A stretch of DNA of 63,714 bases, filler included, from Octopus bimaculoides (lineage: Eukaryota): assembly GCF_001194135.2 (NCBI RefSeq). It is 4 parts of 4 records of this genome, joined end to end, with 100 filler letters (N's around TTAATTAATTAA, not from the genome) between each part and the next. Parts side by side here need not be neighbours in the genome. Positions count along the whole stretch, not along the records: positions 11,532 to 38,762 come from NC_068982.1; positions 38,863 to 63,714 come from NC_068989.1; 2 more parts are not named here. One strand, given 5' to 3'. The translations under genes and the position numbers were made by a program. The notes under the pieces are model-generated. The model was not told the DNA's origin. It was given only the letters and a program-made list of their open reading frames with translations, and did not search any database. This document shows, in pieces, positions 25,183-40,060 of this stretch. How positions within the stretch are numbered: the stretch's first letter is position 1; each line of letters starts with the position of its first letter.

Positions 25183-27360
25183 TCTTTCGCTCGTTATCTT
25201 CTATCGCTCTATTACGATACTTCTCTCTCCTACTTTTTTATCACTTTATGCCTCAATAGCAAATTTCTACTATCTTACTCTATCATTCTATTATGAACCA
25301 TCTACAAGAAAGTATTCTTCCTGAACCCCTACGATATGAGGAATATTACGTTACCGGAATTTATATTGGATGGTACTCATGGATTAACACCTGCACTATT
25401 GGAAACTTAAACTGAACTTTTATATATTTTTTACTTTATGTCTTTTCTCTACATCTTTTTATTTCTTTATTTCTCCAGTCCTTTTCTCTATCAGGGATCT
25501 TCTGTCGCTTTTGAAGAGCCTGTGCTACTCGAAACATTGGGTACGTCTCGTTGCCTCGTAGCCTGAAGTTTGCCAATGCATGCTCAATGTTTCTGTAGCA
25601 GACCTCTTAAGTTTAACGCAAAATTTCACTTTGGCTCTTTGTTCTAACTTCCTGTCCATGACAAAAGTCGCAGACCACAGCATAAAATTCATCACAGAGA
25701 CACAAATTTTACAACTTGCGAAATTTATGGAAAATATTTACGGAAATTACTGATAGAACTTACGTAATTGTATTGGTTTCGGTACATCAATATGCCAGAT
25801 CAGATACCCGCTCGATTATAATAGGGTTTTTTAAGTATAATCTAATCCTGAAAATATATTGCTTAAAATCTGTTTAAAACATGTATTATCAGGTTTATAT
25901 ATTTAATTTTTAAGAAAGCAAAACTTCTCTAAACACCCAACGCCTCCTATAGCAAAACACTTAACATCTACTGTCGTCCTTACAACTCATAATCTCACTA
26001 ATACAGCGCTACCATCCACGTTGAAAAACACCGAATTAGATAAAATAAACTGCCTTGAATTAGAAGCTTCTTGTGCAACCTTCAAGACAAGGCCCGACCT
26101 ACTGATACATTATATAAAATATATTGATCAATTTCATTTGCAGCGTACATATAATTAGTTAGATATCAATAAACATGTGATTATTACTTGATGACATATA
26201 CTTCAGAGCTTTTATATTGCTACATTTACTTACATACATTCAAAACATCGCAATAAATTGCAGGTTTATGTGAAAATGATGTAAGATTTTATTTCACGAT
26301 AATGTTTATGCAATGCAGAGTATTTGCGATTATAACAGTAGTGATCCAGCTGCCGTGCAGTTTAGTCCTCCGCATTCAGTATTGCTATTTACGTCTATAA
26401 AAACAAAATCCGTCTGATTTCCAATCGGCTTTTAAAATAAATCGTAGACATCAGAGAGACACAGATAGCAAATGTCGGTAATGAAAACTGCTATAGTATT
26501 TTCATTGCTCTCGCTAAGTATTTCTTGCTCTTCCGTGTTAAGTAAGTTATATATTTTATATGCTGTATTTTAATTTGAAGCCAAACGAAGTAATGCTGGA
26601 AAGTAAATATGCCAAGTCAATAAATGTGATCAGGCAGGAATAGACAGGAATTATACTCAATGTTATTCTAATTAAACATTCAGAGTTCAAATCACGCCTA
26701 TAATAACGTTAATCTTCTCCGTTTCAAGATCTATAAAATAAAGATGTACTCAAGTAATTGAGTAGATAGATTCGTTTCTATCGTCCAGGAAACAAGCGAC
26801 GCTCTGTCAATGATTGAAAGTGGTAGTCTATGTATTTCGAAGATGAAAAATGATTATTCTATTCTTGCAGTATTATTCGGTATGCGACTAACACTGCTTA
26901 CCTTTAGAACAATATATAACGAAGCGATCGTGGAAGGAGCAGTGGAACCCACAGGTGTTACATTTAATATCAAGTATGCATAGTGTTTTAGAGTTCAAAC
27001 AAGTTTAACTCCAACAAATTCTTTGAAGCGTCTATAAGATAAGAATTCTTATCATATTCATTTACAAAAGTAACCAATTCGAGCAAATATTAAGCATAAA
27101 CTATGTTATTGGGATTAAGTTGATCTTACAGTTTCTTCTTTTTTACTTTCATATTGAAAGGGTGCAAATATTTTATTTTGACAGACTGAAATTTGTATAT
27201 GAATATACAAGATCGTTATTACTCGATCAATATACAAGATCATTATTCGAGGTCGTACATATCAGTCTACTAATAGCAAGCATGTTGATCATATCTTTTT
27301 TTAATTTTACAATGACACATATAATTCTAATCAAGACTTAAGAAAATAGTTTTCTTCATT

Positions 27361-27414
<54 letters not shown>

Positions 27415-27425
27415 ACTTGCACGCG

Positions 27426-27458
<33 letters not shown>

Positions 27459-30400
27459 GCAGACTTGTACACACATAGTTATGCATCTTTCACCCACTCA
27501 TCTAATCTCTTTCTCAATCACCGATGTTCCAATTCATAGTGCGTTATTTTTTTTTATCTCAGATATCATAGACTTTATCTATATTATTCAAAGTTTAGAA
27601 AATAACACACTTTTTCCATCTTATCAAGAATTATATACTAGATTTAACATTTTCAGTGAAATTTTATATATGAATAACAATGATTAAAGAGCATAATATT
27701 GCTATTTTCTACAACTTATAGGTGAAATATTAGTATTTCTGAATATATACTTAAATATTAATCGTATCGCTAATTAATGTTTAAGTAGCCTTCTTTGAAT
27801 TTGCCCTTCACTGGCACGTGTTTCTGGCACATAGATGTTTATTTGCTTTGTATCCTATTTCAGTTAGTGGGCAGTATCTAATAATGGTTTCAAATTTTGG
27901 TTCAAGGCCAACAAGTTCGGAGAAAGTGGGGTGTCGATGACATAAACTCCAGTTTTCGACCCCAAAAGATGAAATACAAGATCGTTCATGGCAGAATGTG
28001 AACGCAAAATGTAAAGACGGACGAAGTTCCACTTAGCATTTTGCTCGGCGTACTGGAAATTCGCACTGTATTAATTATATTGGTATGTCCTCGTGATTTG
28101 GTTCTCTATTTGTCGGGATCTATTTTTTTCTATCGCTTTCTAAACGAGCTCGAACATCATCTCCTTTTATTCCAATCTTAACACTAATCTAAGTTCAAAT
28201 CATTCCAAGGTAGAAACTTTTTCACACCCTCAGACGTAAAATTCACTAAATTGTGGTCAATACTGCAATTAATTTTAAATTATTTTGCTTTCTGCAAGGA
28301 GTTGTTATCCTTGGCCAAGGTGATATAAACATTAGAATGTTGGCAAAGGCAAAGATTAGAAGTGTAAGTCGTCTGAAAATGCTCCAGCAATGTAAATGAC
28401 AAGTGGATAGAAAGCCCTTGCATTATATAGGGATTACGTGTGGTATGGATGATAATATTGCTGGGCATAACCCCAGATTCGTTGAAGATCAAGTGAACGA
28501 CACCTTCGAGAAAAATTTCAACGAGGTGACTATGCACAACTTCTAAAACGTTTGGGAATGTCGGTCTGAACAATTATGATTAGTGGAATTATTCGTAACA
28601 GTTGTCATTACGTTTAGATAAATGTCGGATGTTAAAGTAGTCCCTCGAGAATATCACTTTAATGCTTTCCCTTGTGAAACGAAATGCAAGTAGTTGTCCT
28701 GTATGGGAAAATAAGTTGCGCAACGTACAATATTGAGGTAGAGCCTTTTCGCATCTGCCTCTGTACTCAACCACATATCCAACTACCCACTGAACATAAA
28801 ATGCTTCGTTTATTTCGTCAGTTTATTTCAGAGCAAGTGAACTGAAATTTAGTTGGGGAGAAAACCTGGATATGGAAAATCAGCTTGGAGACGTCGTCAT
28901 TTATGATACGACTGGTAACGGAATAGCAGTTATATTCAAGCGCCTAGATCACTCATTCTAATCTCTCATTTGTATTTTATCGCTCAGTGGTATCTTAAAT
29001 GACTAAAATCATATCTTAGTTGGATGTTTTTATGAAAAGTATCCGATCGAACATAGGAAGAATAGAATGTTACTATCTGAATTTTCTGATTGTTTGAACT
29101 CGAAAAATACCAAACCAAATTTTATTTACGTTTCTCTGCATAGATTTCAACAAAGGACGTTTGTAAACTTTATGATCAAATTATATAAGAGAAACTTTTA
29201 ACTGGAAAATGTTCCTGAGTGACCCTGTCACGTCAGGTTGGGAAAAACCGGTGAATTAAGGTGGGTTTGATTAAATTATACCATGTAGAGAATATCGAAA
29301 ATGAGAAAAATTACAATAAAATCTATTGCTCTTTTGTTGGAAGCAAGTGGCAGAATTATAGCTATTATAATAATTATATAAGCTATTTGAGAGTTAATCA
29401 GAATATATGCTATTTGACGGTTAATGACGATTACGCTTGGAGTTCTGAAGTTCAATTAAGATTTACTCATTAGGATGTTCTATAAAATTTTTCATAAAAT
29501 GTTTATTGGCAACGGCCAGAAATACTTGCATATCAATTTGCATTGGTAGTCGTTACCAGTTTGAGTATACGAAGTGTTTTCTGTGAATTTGTCTACTTTT
29601 CTGATATGTAGAGATACGTGAAATAGCTGCTGTCGTGAAAGGTTTGATCTGCTTCACTGACGATGTATAAAGGATGATAGCGATACAAACGTAATAGTGA
29701 ATTAGAAACTCATGAGAAGATAAGGATTCCCTGCTGTTTAAACCTGACAGTCAATTTAAGGAAAATGCAAATAACTACCTTGGCATATCTGGATAGACCC
29801 AACCTGAACGTGACAGTATCAACTATCCATTGCATAAAATAGGATACGTTCGTTTCATAATCTGGGTAGTACATAAGCCTAGTATTTTTTTAATCAGCGC
29901 TATGCTTTTCGATACACACAGGCGCACACGTACAAAGATATAATATTATTTTGTCTTATTTTCCTTTCACCTTCCTTCTATAAAACAACAATAATATATA
30001 TGTATGCATATATTCATAGTATTGTGGTTTTATACAGGAATGTTGGTGATTGCTAGGTGCAGCGGATTACAAAATAGCTCACAGATTTTCTCAGTTCGAT
30101 TTGTGTTCATATTTCAAATTCCATCTAGGTCGAATTTGCCTTTCAATTATATAAGGTCGATAAAATAAAAGCCAGCAGTGTATTGATGCTAAATTTTATA
30201 ATCATTTCGCCAAATGTGTGGCATTGGGCTTATGTTAAAAATCATTATTATTTATAATTGCTAATTTTTATTCAGTATCAATAATTAATTTCCTGCTAGA
30301 TTTTAAAATCTTGCAAAGTTCGTTTATTTTTGTTGTTGCTGATGTATTTTGTGCTTCATTTGTCTTTTTTTTTTTTCATTTTTGTTCTTGTTTGTTGTTG

Positions 30401-31130
30401 CTGCTTTTTTCTTATTTTCTTTCTAATTAAGAACTCATTTTCTGAGAACTATCGATGTGTTCACAATGAAACGTAAAAAGGTACAGTCATGTTTTTGTTT
30501 TGGTTTTTAAATGAATGATAAAATCGTTATAAAGGTTAACCGTGATATACACATATGGAAAACATTTTCAAAGAGAAATCATATACGTATGCATGATGAA
30601 ATTAATTAAAGACTAGTAACTAACCATTTTTAGATAGAAAATTTTGAATTATTCCGGACCTGCACATCACTGTAATTCCAAACAAAATTCTCCTGAGATT
30701 TTTATGATATATTTCCATTAGTTTATAATTCTAGACATCTATTTATAGGTTGGGCAAACTTCCAGAAAATGAAATAGTTTCTGAAAGTACTGGCTAATTG
30801 GATTGATTTCTATAAACATGTGTGAGGGTGTAATTTGTTGCAAAGATATCGTTTTGATAACATGGTATACATGCTAGGGAAATATTTCGAAGTAATAGTT
30901 GGAAATAACTTTGGGAATATTTTGGAGAAAAAGTTGATTAATTATATTATTTTAGATATTTCCAACTTAAGAAATAGGTCGTGCATTAACTCATTTGTCC
31001 AATTTGCGCTGGCGTTGTAAGCAGCTTGACTGATTAAACCAGTATTTATGTTAAACTGCCATCAGGAATTTAAATAAGAGCTAATATTATTTATCTTATT
31101 ATTATCATTATTATTCTCATTATTATTATT

Positions 31131-31450
31131 ATTACCCCTGCCTTAGCGAAGGCGGATGTTTGTTTGTCCGTGGACAATATATCTCAAGAACCTCTGGATG
31201 GATTCGGATGAAACCTTCAGGGATGTTTGTCTTCGCCACTGGCATACACTGGTTAGATTGTAGGATCGATTTCTTTCGTTTTCTTTTCACTTAATTTTTG
31301 AGAACGTTCGGGTTCATTTTTAGTATTCTCGTTTGTGGGAGCAGTCGAGTTTATTTCATATATTCTTATTTTAAAACTCATCTCTAGGCTAATCGTTGAG
31401 AGGACGTTGGTGTCACCTCGGTGGAGGTTTGCGCTCTCTGAGTGCTCTTG
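31131..31450 (+). mobile_element. Helentron-associated non-autonomous element (HINE/DINE-like)
   Basis: 5' ttattacccctgcc-ttagcgaa-ggcgg hairpin; tgtttgtccg; atctcaagaacc..tggatggatt..gatgaaac core; 3' ggtggagg subTIR plus gcgctc-tct-gagtgc hairpin; TT context at both ends. Confidence 0.65.
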
Positions 31451-31454
31451 TTAT

Positions 31455-31587
31455 TATCACTACTATTGTTGTTATTGTTGTTGTTGTTGTTGTTGTTGTT
31501 GGTGTCGTGGTCTTCGTCGTCGTCCTCATCATGATCATTATTATTATTATTATTACTCTTATTATTACTATTATTATTGTTATTGTT

Positions 31588-31636
<49 letters not shown>
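31455..31636. repeat. Compound trinucleotide microsatellite (GTT/CGT/ATT/ATC); another at 32158-32323
   Basis: Direct inspection. Confidence 0.97.
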
Positions 31637-31637
<1 letters not shown>

Positions 31638-32173
31638 TGTTGAGTGAGAGATCAATTCATGCTATCAAAGTGACACTAGGGTAAAGTATACGAAGCCCAG
31701 TATACTCATCATGACTACCCGTCTGATAAGGGTACACCAGGCACATGCATCACAAACAAATGTGCGCGACACAGTGATCTCATATCAAGATAAACAGTGC
31801 ATAACCTTGCAGGTAGAGCTCAGTTAGAATTTTCATTAGGTCGAGTAGCCCACCCCGCTGAAAAATTCCCTGAATAAGGGTTGTTTAAGGATGTTGAACA
31901 AAACATCCATGTTTCCAAAGGTGAATTAGTCAAACCCTAAAGAATTACTCTCGTCGCATAGCTATGATACTCCCACACCACTCCTGCTCGTGATCAGAGA
32001 TGCACATATCGTCAGCCACCAAAGGACATACTCAACTTAAAATAAAGCAACTGACAAACAAATCTGAGGTATTGAGCAGAATATTTGTTGTAGCCCATCT
32101 TTTATACCAAGACAAAACAATGTACAAGATAACACTGCCTGGTACTGCACCAAGGCTATTGTTGTTGTTGTTT

Positions 32174-32223
<50 letters not shown>

Positions 32224-32245
32224 GTTTCTGTTGTTGTTGTTGTTG

Positions 32246-32322
<77 letters not shown>

Positions 32323-32839
32323 GCCGCCATACAGTAAAGTCACCGAAATTTGGAGCTCCGTAAGTTGAAATAGTGTTTGCAGTTTTTTCGGCCTTCTAAG
32401 ACCCCGTGTGTTTTTATTGTTACCATTGCAATTCCGAGATTGTTTGGACTGTGCAGATAGTATTTTTCTGCAGAAACAACCCTTGTTTTGTAGGAGGTAG
32501 GCATCAATAATGTTTGAATTTTAACTACATTCGGCAAAAGCAAATATTTTGCAATTTTCTTTAATCATTTAAAGATGGCTGATAAAGAAGCCATCATAAT
32601 GTTCGACAAAGGAACGCGTTTCTAGTCGGAAGAAAAAAAGTGAAAAAAAGAACATCGAATGATTTAAACTTAATGGCGTCACCGAGGTGAATAATGTTTC
32701 GTCTCTAAGCAACGTCAAAACTTTCTGTGTCGAAAACGAGAACAATAACAGCAGCAGCAGCAGTGACAACAGCAACAACAACAATAACAACGGCAAGAAC
32801 AATACCAAAAGAAATGAAATATAAAAAACGCGAATATCA

Positions 32840-35653
32840 CCTCCGCTTCTTTTCCGTTTGCGTCGGGAAATATGGAAAATTTCCGCATAGATGAAGAAGA
32901 TTTAAAAATTGCAAAGAAAATGTTAAAAAAGAATTGTAGAAGAGTAGCTTTAAACCCTCTATCCGACGTGATAGAGAACATCGTAAAATGCACGGTACAT
33001 ACCACTGCATCGGAGTCAAGTCTCGTCGGGAGGAAAATGCTGCTGAGAGCGAAATACAAAAAGCCTTGGGAGCGTGTGGGAACAAAAGACCCACATTTTC
33101 CGAGGAAAGAAGTTTGGAACTATTGAAATGAAATTTGGAACGGAAGAAGAAACCAGGTGTCATTCTGCGACCACTTTGAAGAATAAAAACTGCTTCTTAA
33201 TCTCCAGATATCGCGTCCAACGTCTTGCCAAGATTAAGGTGTTGAATGTGTCACCAGAAATATTCATCAGCTGGTTAGTGGCTGCTGTCCTAGCAGGTCT
33301 AGAAGAAGACGAAGTAACAATATTGGATGTAAAGAAAATACCTAAGCAAAACTGGTCTTGTATAGGTATGGAACTGACTTAATAATCTAAGCGGGACCAT
33401 ATCGACCAGGTACTCAATCTCGTCGATCTCCCAGATGGTACTCACCTGTCTATGTTAGTGGAAGGTAGAAAGTCAAGATGCCACATATGTAGATCTGTAA
33501 CTCATTTAAAGGCTTTCTGCCCTGAAACAAGAAAAAATAAACTCCACTGTTGCGAAAACTACAAACACCAGAAACACAAAATCATGAACAAGTGCTCAAG
33601 ATTTCTACACCTACACACCCACCCACGCACACAAACCAAGAAAAAGAGGGAGTCTACCTCAAGTTGCTACAGAAAAGCAATTTTCTGAATGCTCTACCTC
33701 CCAAACCAACATCAACTGTAATGACATGGAGAAAGGAGAGCTGAACGATCAATGGATCACAATGACAAAAGTGAGTAGGCGAAAGTGGATACGAGTACAT
33801 AGCTCTACTCTAAGAAATCAACAAAAACATATTCCGAAACCACAACTGCAGCACAATTCACAACCACTTCAAAAACAACAACTAGAACAAGAACAACTTG
33901 AAAAAGAGCAACATCATCCACAACAGCATGGAGTCACAGAAACAGAGGAACAACCAATTAAAGAACTTAAAAACAAGAATATTCTTCAGACTGTATACAA
34001 AATGTATCCATCTATTTCACTGTTATAAACAAATGCAACAGTGAATTGATGGATTTTGTAAACCAAAACAAAAACAAGAGACAGCTGGAAAGGAATTTGA
34101 AGACTTCATCCTCAAATCACCCAAGGACAGTCTCTTCAGGAAAGCGTCATCAGACGCTGAAACTATAAGAGAAAAATTCCCATGTAGTCTGGGGAGTTTT
34201 GAAAAATCAATTGATATGAGGCTGAGGCAAAGCCTTTTTAAAATGTTCGCCATTACAGAGGCCGGGAACTTCCAGGCTTCTCAAAAATTAAGCTGAATAA
34301 CCTCTTTTTCTTTCTCCGACTAGCATGACTGTATTGAGAACGGGTGTGTGAATGTGCTTGACCTAGGATCAGCTTGGACGCAAGGTTACTTCCTCAATGA
34401 TCTCAGGTCACTTCTTGATCTGGATGTGGCTGCCATTAGTGAAACAAGGATCTCCGAAAAACACGCTCTAGCATCCATTTTCGAGGAATACGAGGTATTC
34501 TCATCTTGTGGTCTACTGGGAGCAGTGCTACTCCAGAAATCCTTAGATCTTCAACTACAGGCTATCTTCCTGGACCCGGATGATAGGGTGGTGGTCCTGA
34601 ATGTGAATGGCAGCGAAGATGGCATCTTTAGAGTAGTGGAGGTGGTTTATGCCCTATCAAGGTCTAGAAGAGCAAATTTCCTCAGGCGTCACGCACGATA
34701 TTACTAGTGGGGGACTGGAATGGTATTTTGGACGAACAGAAGGACTAAGTGGATTTAGTACATAGTAGAACGGCGTGTAAAAGCCACGAAAACCTGCTCA
34801 GGACTTTCCAGCTTTCTGACAGTTACCGACTGGATTTCCTTGATGTGCCATTGTGGGCATGGAGCAACTACAGTGGGTCATCCAGATCGTATTTAGATAG
34901 AGTATTTATTAGGTCGGAGGATAGAAATACCATAGATTGTCCACAATGTAACTAGGTCGGATACACATATCACAAATTTGTGATATGTGCAGTCGATTTA
35001 GATAGGTCCCGTAGACAGAAACCTTGTTACTGGATGTTGAATGTGTCCTTACTGGCTCGCAAAGACTATAGGGGTTGAGCAAACTATTCAAGCGGCAGTT
35101 GACGGAGGCTATCGTCAAAAAGCGTTCGCGGATCGCTCGGATGAAGGCGATTAGAGTAGAGTCGATAGCATTCAGCAAAGACTTAGCAATGGAAAAAATA
35201 CTTTAGAGGGAGAAGTAGTTAGGAAATTAGAAGAGGCTATTAGTAAACGCATCACGACCGACATAGCCCTTAAACATTTGTTTGAGGCGAAACACGAAAG
35301 GTACGTTGCCAGAGCTAACGCGTGTGTGCTAAAACATGAAGGAACCAAAGCCGACTGATAGGTCCGAACGGTAGAGATGCGACGTGGAAACAAAACCACG
35401 ATCAAGTCTTTGACGAATCAGGGCGGACGCGTGCTACTCGGCTCTGAGTAGATGTATGTGGCTTTCCAGCAGCACTTTGCGCGGTTGTTTGGGAAGAGTG
35501 ATGGGTCGAAGGTGGCAGCAGACTTTTGTTCGCAACTAGACGTCCTACCACGGCTCTCGGTAACGGACGCGAGATTCTGCGAAAAGGCGATTACAGCCAC
35601 AGAAATACTGGAGGTGATGAGCGATTGCACAAATCACAGATAGCTCGGTTTGG

Positions 35654-35657
<4 letters not shown>
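32840..35657 (+). mobile_element. Tx1/L1-clade LINE, degenerate 5' part (ORF1 and ORF2 endonuclease/linker; RT missing)
   Basis: ORF1 has the CCHC knuckle EGRKSRCHICRSVTHLKAFC. ORF2 from ~34325 has AISET, LVGDWNGILD, WSNYSGSSRSYLDRVFI and YWMLNVSLL motifs. Many stops and frameshifts; ends at the (S)PGLD-like RT entry motif next to (ATA)n. Confidence 0.85.
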
Positions 35658-35700
<43 letters not shown>

Positions 35701-35916
35701 CATACAACTACTAGTACTATAATAGACATTTGTAATTGTGTTGCTGCCGGAGGTACTGCTCTTATTGTTGCTGTCTTTTAAATATTTTCCAAGTCAAAAA
35801 TTATGCTGTAAAATAATTAGTGACATTATTATAAGGAAGCGCCATTATCGATAGAACTATGTTTATTACAAATATTAATAGTTCTATTAGCAGTACTAGT
35901 ATACCGACTACTACTA

Positions 35917-35957
<41 letters not shown>

Positions 35958-35982
35958 TCTGCTGCTGTTACTGATGCTGCCG

Positions 35983-36014
<32 letters not shown>

Positions 36015-36104
36015 ACTATAAATAATGATGATAATAATAAGACAGAATTATAAAATGAAATAAAAATAGTAGTATTAATAATCATAGTAATACTCATAAT
36101 ACTA

Positions 36105-36172
<68 letters not shown>

Positions 36173-36180
36173 GTTATTAA
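35658..36180. repeat. Compound (AAT)n, (ACT)n, (GCT)n, (ATT)n microsatellite block
   Basis: Direct inspection. Confidence 0.97.
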
Positions 36181-36454
36181 ATTCATCATCGTAATTATTA
36201 TTTTATTAAATTATATTATTGTTGTTAATGCGTTTTATTTTTATAATTTTCTTTCACATTTTAGCTGTTATGAATTCTTTTATCTTTCCGTGTGATTTAT
36301 TTATATTTGCACGAATTCCAATCTCTTTTAACTCAATTAACTTTTCAACTTTCCACTCACGCACTGACATGCACATACATACACACGCACACACACGCAA
36401 ACGCATACAAACGTATATAACCGCACATACATGAATATATGCTTGTGTACATAC

Positions 36455-36512
<58 letters not shown>

Positions 36513-36763
36513 NNNNNNNNNNNNNNNNNNNNNNNNNNNNNNNNNNNNNNNNNNNNNNNNNNNNNNNNNNNNNNNNNNNNNNNNNNNNNNNNNNNNNNNN
36601 NNNNNNNNNNNNNNNNNNNNNNNNNNNNNNNNNNNNNNNNNNNNNNNNNNNNNNNNNNNNNNNNNNNNNNNNNNNNNNNNNNNNNNNNNNNNNNNNNNNN
36701 NNNNNNNNNNNNNNNNNNNNNNNNNNNNNNNNNNNNNNNNNNNNNNNNNNNNNNNNNNNNNNN

Positions 36764-36818
<55 letters not shown>

Positions 36819-38699
36819 TGCATTTACATACAGATATGTCTGTGTCTGTGCGTCTGTGTGTCTGTGTCTGTGTCTGTGTATATGTATATGTATGTATATA
36901 AAACAGGAACTTCCTTGTTGCAAATCTTCCATTCATATTTTTATTGGAGTTTATATCTTTTTACTGTACATATAGTTTTGTTTCATATTTTTGTCTTGCT
37001 TTCTTTTCTTTTGTTTTTTGTTACTGCTGATTTGTTTTCTTTACGGCATATCATTTAATAACTTCTTTTTTTGATTATTGGTTTGTCTTTGATGGTCCTC
37101 AACTATGGTACCCTGATATAATCACTTTGTCTAATTGAATCTTCCTATCTCTCGGCACTCAGCTTTATTTATATGGTATTTTATTATTTATACTCTATCT
37201 TTTTCGTGAGTTCTACCCGTTTTTATTCATTTCTTTTTCTTCTTTCCCACAAGTACTTTGAATGGAGTGTTTCTTTTATTTCAGTGGCTTGAAAAAGAAA
37301 TAAAAGCACAGAAAATTCCATGACGATATCTAAAGTCTCCTTAACTTTTATTTTTCAATATATAAACTTTTTTTTGTTTTCGAATTCTGGAAATTTATTT
37401 TTGTGTTTTCTCAGTTGGCGTTGTTGCAGCACAATCTATACTTTGGGTGAAATTATCTTGTGTCTCATTTCGTATGAATAGTTATTTTTTATTTACATTT
37501 CTTTTCATAATAGCAAAAAATATTTAGGAAATCATTGATTACATTTATCCTGCATTTAAGACATTTAAAAAAAAAATCTGCAATCTTATATACGAAACGT
37601 TTGCAACAAAACCACTTAGCATACACGCAAAGTCACACTTACATACACGAATATAAAATATATGTGTGCGTGTGTGAGTGTTTTTGTGTGTGTGTATGCG
37701 TGTGTATGTAAAATTGTGGTGACGTTTGGACGACAACTGATGAGTAGAACACGTTTCTGTCGTTTTCTTACAGTCTCTTTCGTATAATTCTTTATGAACA
37801 CTCCTACCTACCTATTTTCTCGTATATATGAATGCGTTTGTGGGTGTCGGTGTAGGTGTGTGGGTGTCGGTGTAGGTGTGTGGGTGTGGGTTTGGGTGTG
37901 TACATGTGTGTGTGCATGTATGTGCATGTGTGTGCATGAATGTAGGTGTCTATGCATGTACGTCCATGTATGTATATGTGCGTATGTTTATATATATTGG
38001 GTATTACTTTATAGTACGTGCGACAATAGAACTCTGGTTCGGGATTTTCCGATGTCTTGAGGAGATACTATTGTTCTCAGGTGTTCTCTTACTTGTCGTA
38101 GTAGCCCCTATTAGGGAACCATATGTTGGTTAACTAACATATGTGATGATACACCATCTGAGCACAGGCCTCAGAAATACCCTTGGTTATTGTCAGGACA
38201 CGCAGTAAATCCACCAGGCGTGACAGACCCCTAGCTGTTGTCATAAAATCTATTTAAGAAATGGACATTCTGATAGAAAACCTGCAATTTCTCGTTATTA
38301 ATGGTCATCTCTCTTCGGCCTATCACTAGGAACTAATTACAGACTCTCAGAGAATAACAACCGTGTTGTACATACAGCTATCAATATAGTCCAATGATGT
38401 GAAGGTGTCTTTTAATGGTTAACTTCCTTTGTCACCCCATCTACTGAAAGTCCTATTGCGCTAGAAGAGTTAGTCATGTGCAAAACAAACCAGCTGGAAA
38501 CGCACAGCAAATTAGAAGTTTCTTCTTTCAACTATACTTAAAATCACGGAGATCTGGAGAGGGACTGAATAGTTATATGAGAGGTCATGTATGGAGAGTC
38601 AGAAATGTGATTGACAAAATGAAAGATGGTAACAATCTGTGAGGCGGCAACCACATATATATATATATGTGTGTATGTGTGTATATATATATATGTGTG

Positions 38700-38762
<63 letters not shown>

Positions 38763-38861
38763 NNNNNNNNNNNNNNNNNNNNNNNNNNNNNNNNNNNNNN
38801 NNNNNNTTAATTAATTAANNNNNNNNNNNNNNNNNNNNNNNNNNNNNNNNNNNNNNNNNNN

Positions 38862-39033
38862 NTTTATCCTTAGCTAGGTATTTCTCCTGCAACTGTCTCA
38901 CTAGAAATAAGGCATCAGTAGTGCTTTTACCTGGCACGAACCCAAACTGCATCTCATCTAAATTGATTCGCTCCCTAATTAGTTGGGCTATGACCCTCTC
39001 TGTAACTTTCATAACCTGATCTAACAGCTTGAT
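38862..39033 (-). mobile_element. RTE-clade reverse transcriptase fragment
   Basis: QFGFVPGKSTTDALFLVRQLQEKY; runs into a gap. Confidence 0.9.
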
Positions 39034-39169
39034 GCCTCTCTCTCTCTATATATATATATAAGGTTGAGGAGGGTATTGGATTTAACCAAACCCAGGAGGA
39101 TACAACCTTACCTTTGCTCTCTTTATCTTTTTGTTTTTATATATTTACATATATATATATATACATATA

Positions 39170-39390
39170 AATGTATATATGTGTGCGTTTGAATCCCCAC
39201 CACCACTTGACAACTCGTGTTGTTTGTTTATATTCCTGTAACTTAGCATTTCTGTAAAAGAAACCAATATTTTAAAGTACCAAAATGAAATATTAGGGTT
39301 GATCTGGTCAGTTAAACCCTTCAAGGCAGTATCCTAGTTTGGCCGCAGTCCAATGAGTGGAACAAGTAAAAACAAAAGATAAAAGATATT
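39170..39390 (+). mobile_element. SINE 3' module (family C), CpG-decayed
   Basis: Similar to 59560-59757 (cttgacaac...gtaacttagc...gccgcagtccaatga.tg.aacaagtaaaa). Confidence 0.7.
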
Positions 39391-39794
39391 TCATTGTAAA
39401 ACACTCTAGATATTGTACTCAAAATCTGAAAAATGCCTGATGTTCAGTAATTTAATGGTGCTATGTAGGAGCTATTTCTCATCAAACTATCAAAATATGT
39501 TATGGGAGGGAATGAAATAAATTGTTTCATACAAAACTGCTTTGCATGACTTTAAGATATATCATCACCACCATCGTCATTTTAACAATCACTTTTTCCA
39601 TGCTTTAATGGGTTGGATGAAATTTTGTTGAGGTGAATCTTGTATGGCTGGATGCCTTTCCTGTTACCTGTCTCCAAGTAAGGTAATATTCTTCTATTAG
39701 CAGACATGTTATTGGAAACAAAGGACACTGCTTACATTGACTACGACACTGATTTACAACTGTCACATGATGTGAAGATAAGACAGTAACACAC

Positions 39795-39837
<43 letters not shown>

Positions 39838-40060
39838 TACATGTAATGAGCTTCTCTCAGTTTCTGTCTACCAAATCCACTCACAAGGCTTTGTTCAGGT
39901 CAAGACCATAGTAGAAAAGACACATTCCCAATCACACAAGGGGACTAAATCTGGAATAATGTGGTTAGGAAGCAAACTGCTCCCCACTCAGCCAAGCTGG
40001 ATTTCTACAGTTGGATGCCTTTCCCATTGCCAGCTATCACTTGTTTTCATGCAAGGCCAT

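Noticed and set aside
25505-25560. ttgaagag...ctcgaaac...gtc hammerhead-like motif
   Set aside because: C3>U without G8 compensation, and no convincing stem I or II; counted only as a weak hit.
28280-28780. ORF-like, higher-complexity stretch with possible ag/gtaagt sites
   Set aside because: No recognisable protein motif in any frame and no partner exons.
31660-32040. GC-richer repeat-like segment containing CTGATAAGGGT
   Set aside because: No second copy in the window and no GAAA box, so neither family nor ribozyme can be supported.
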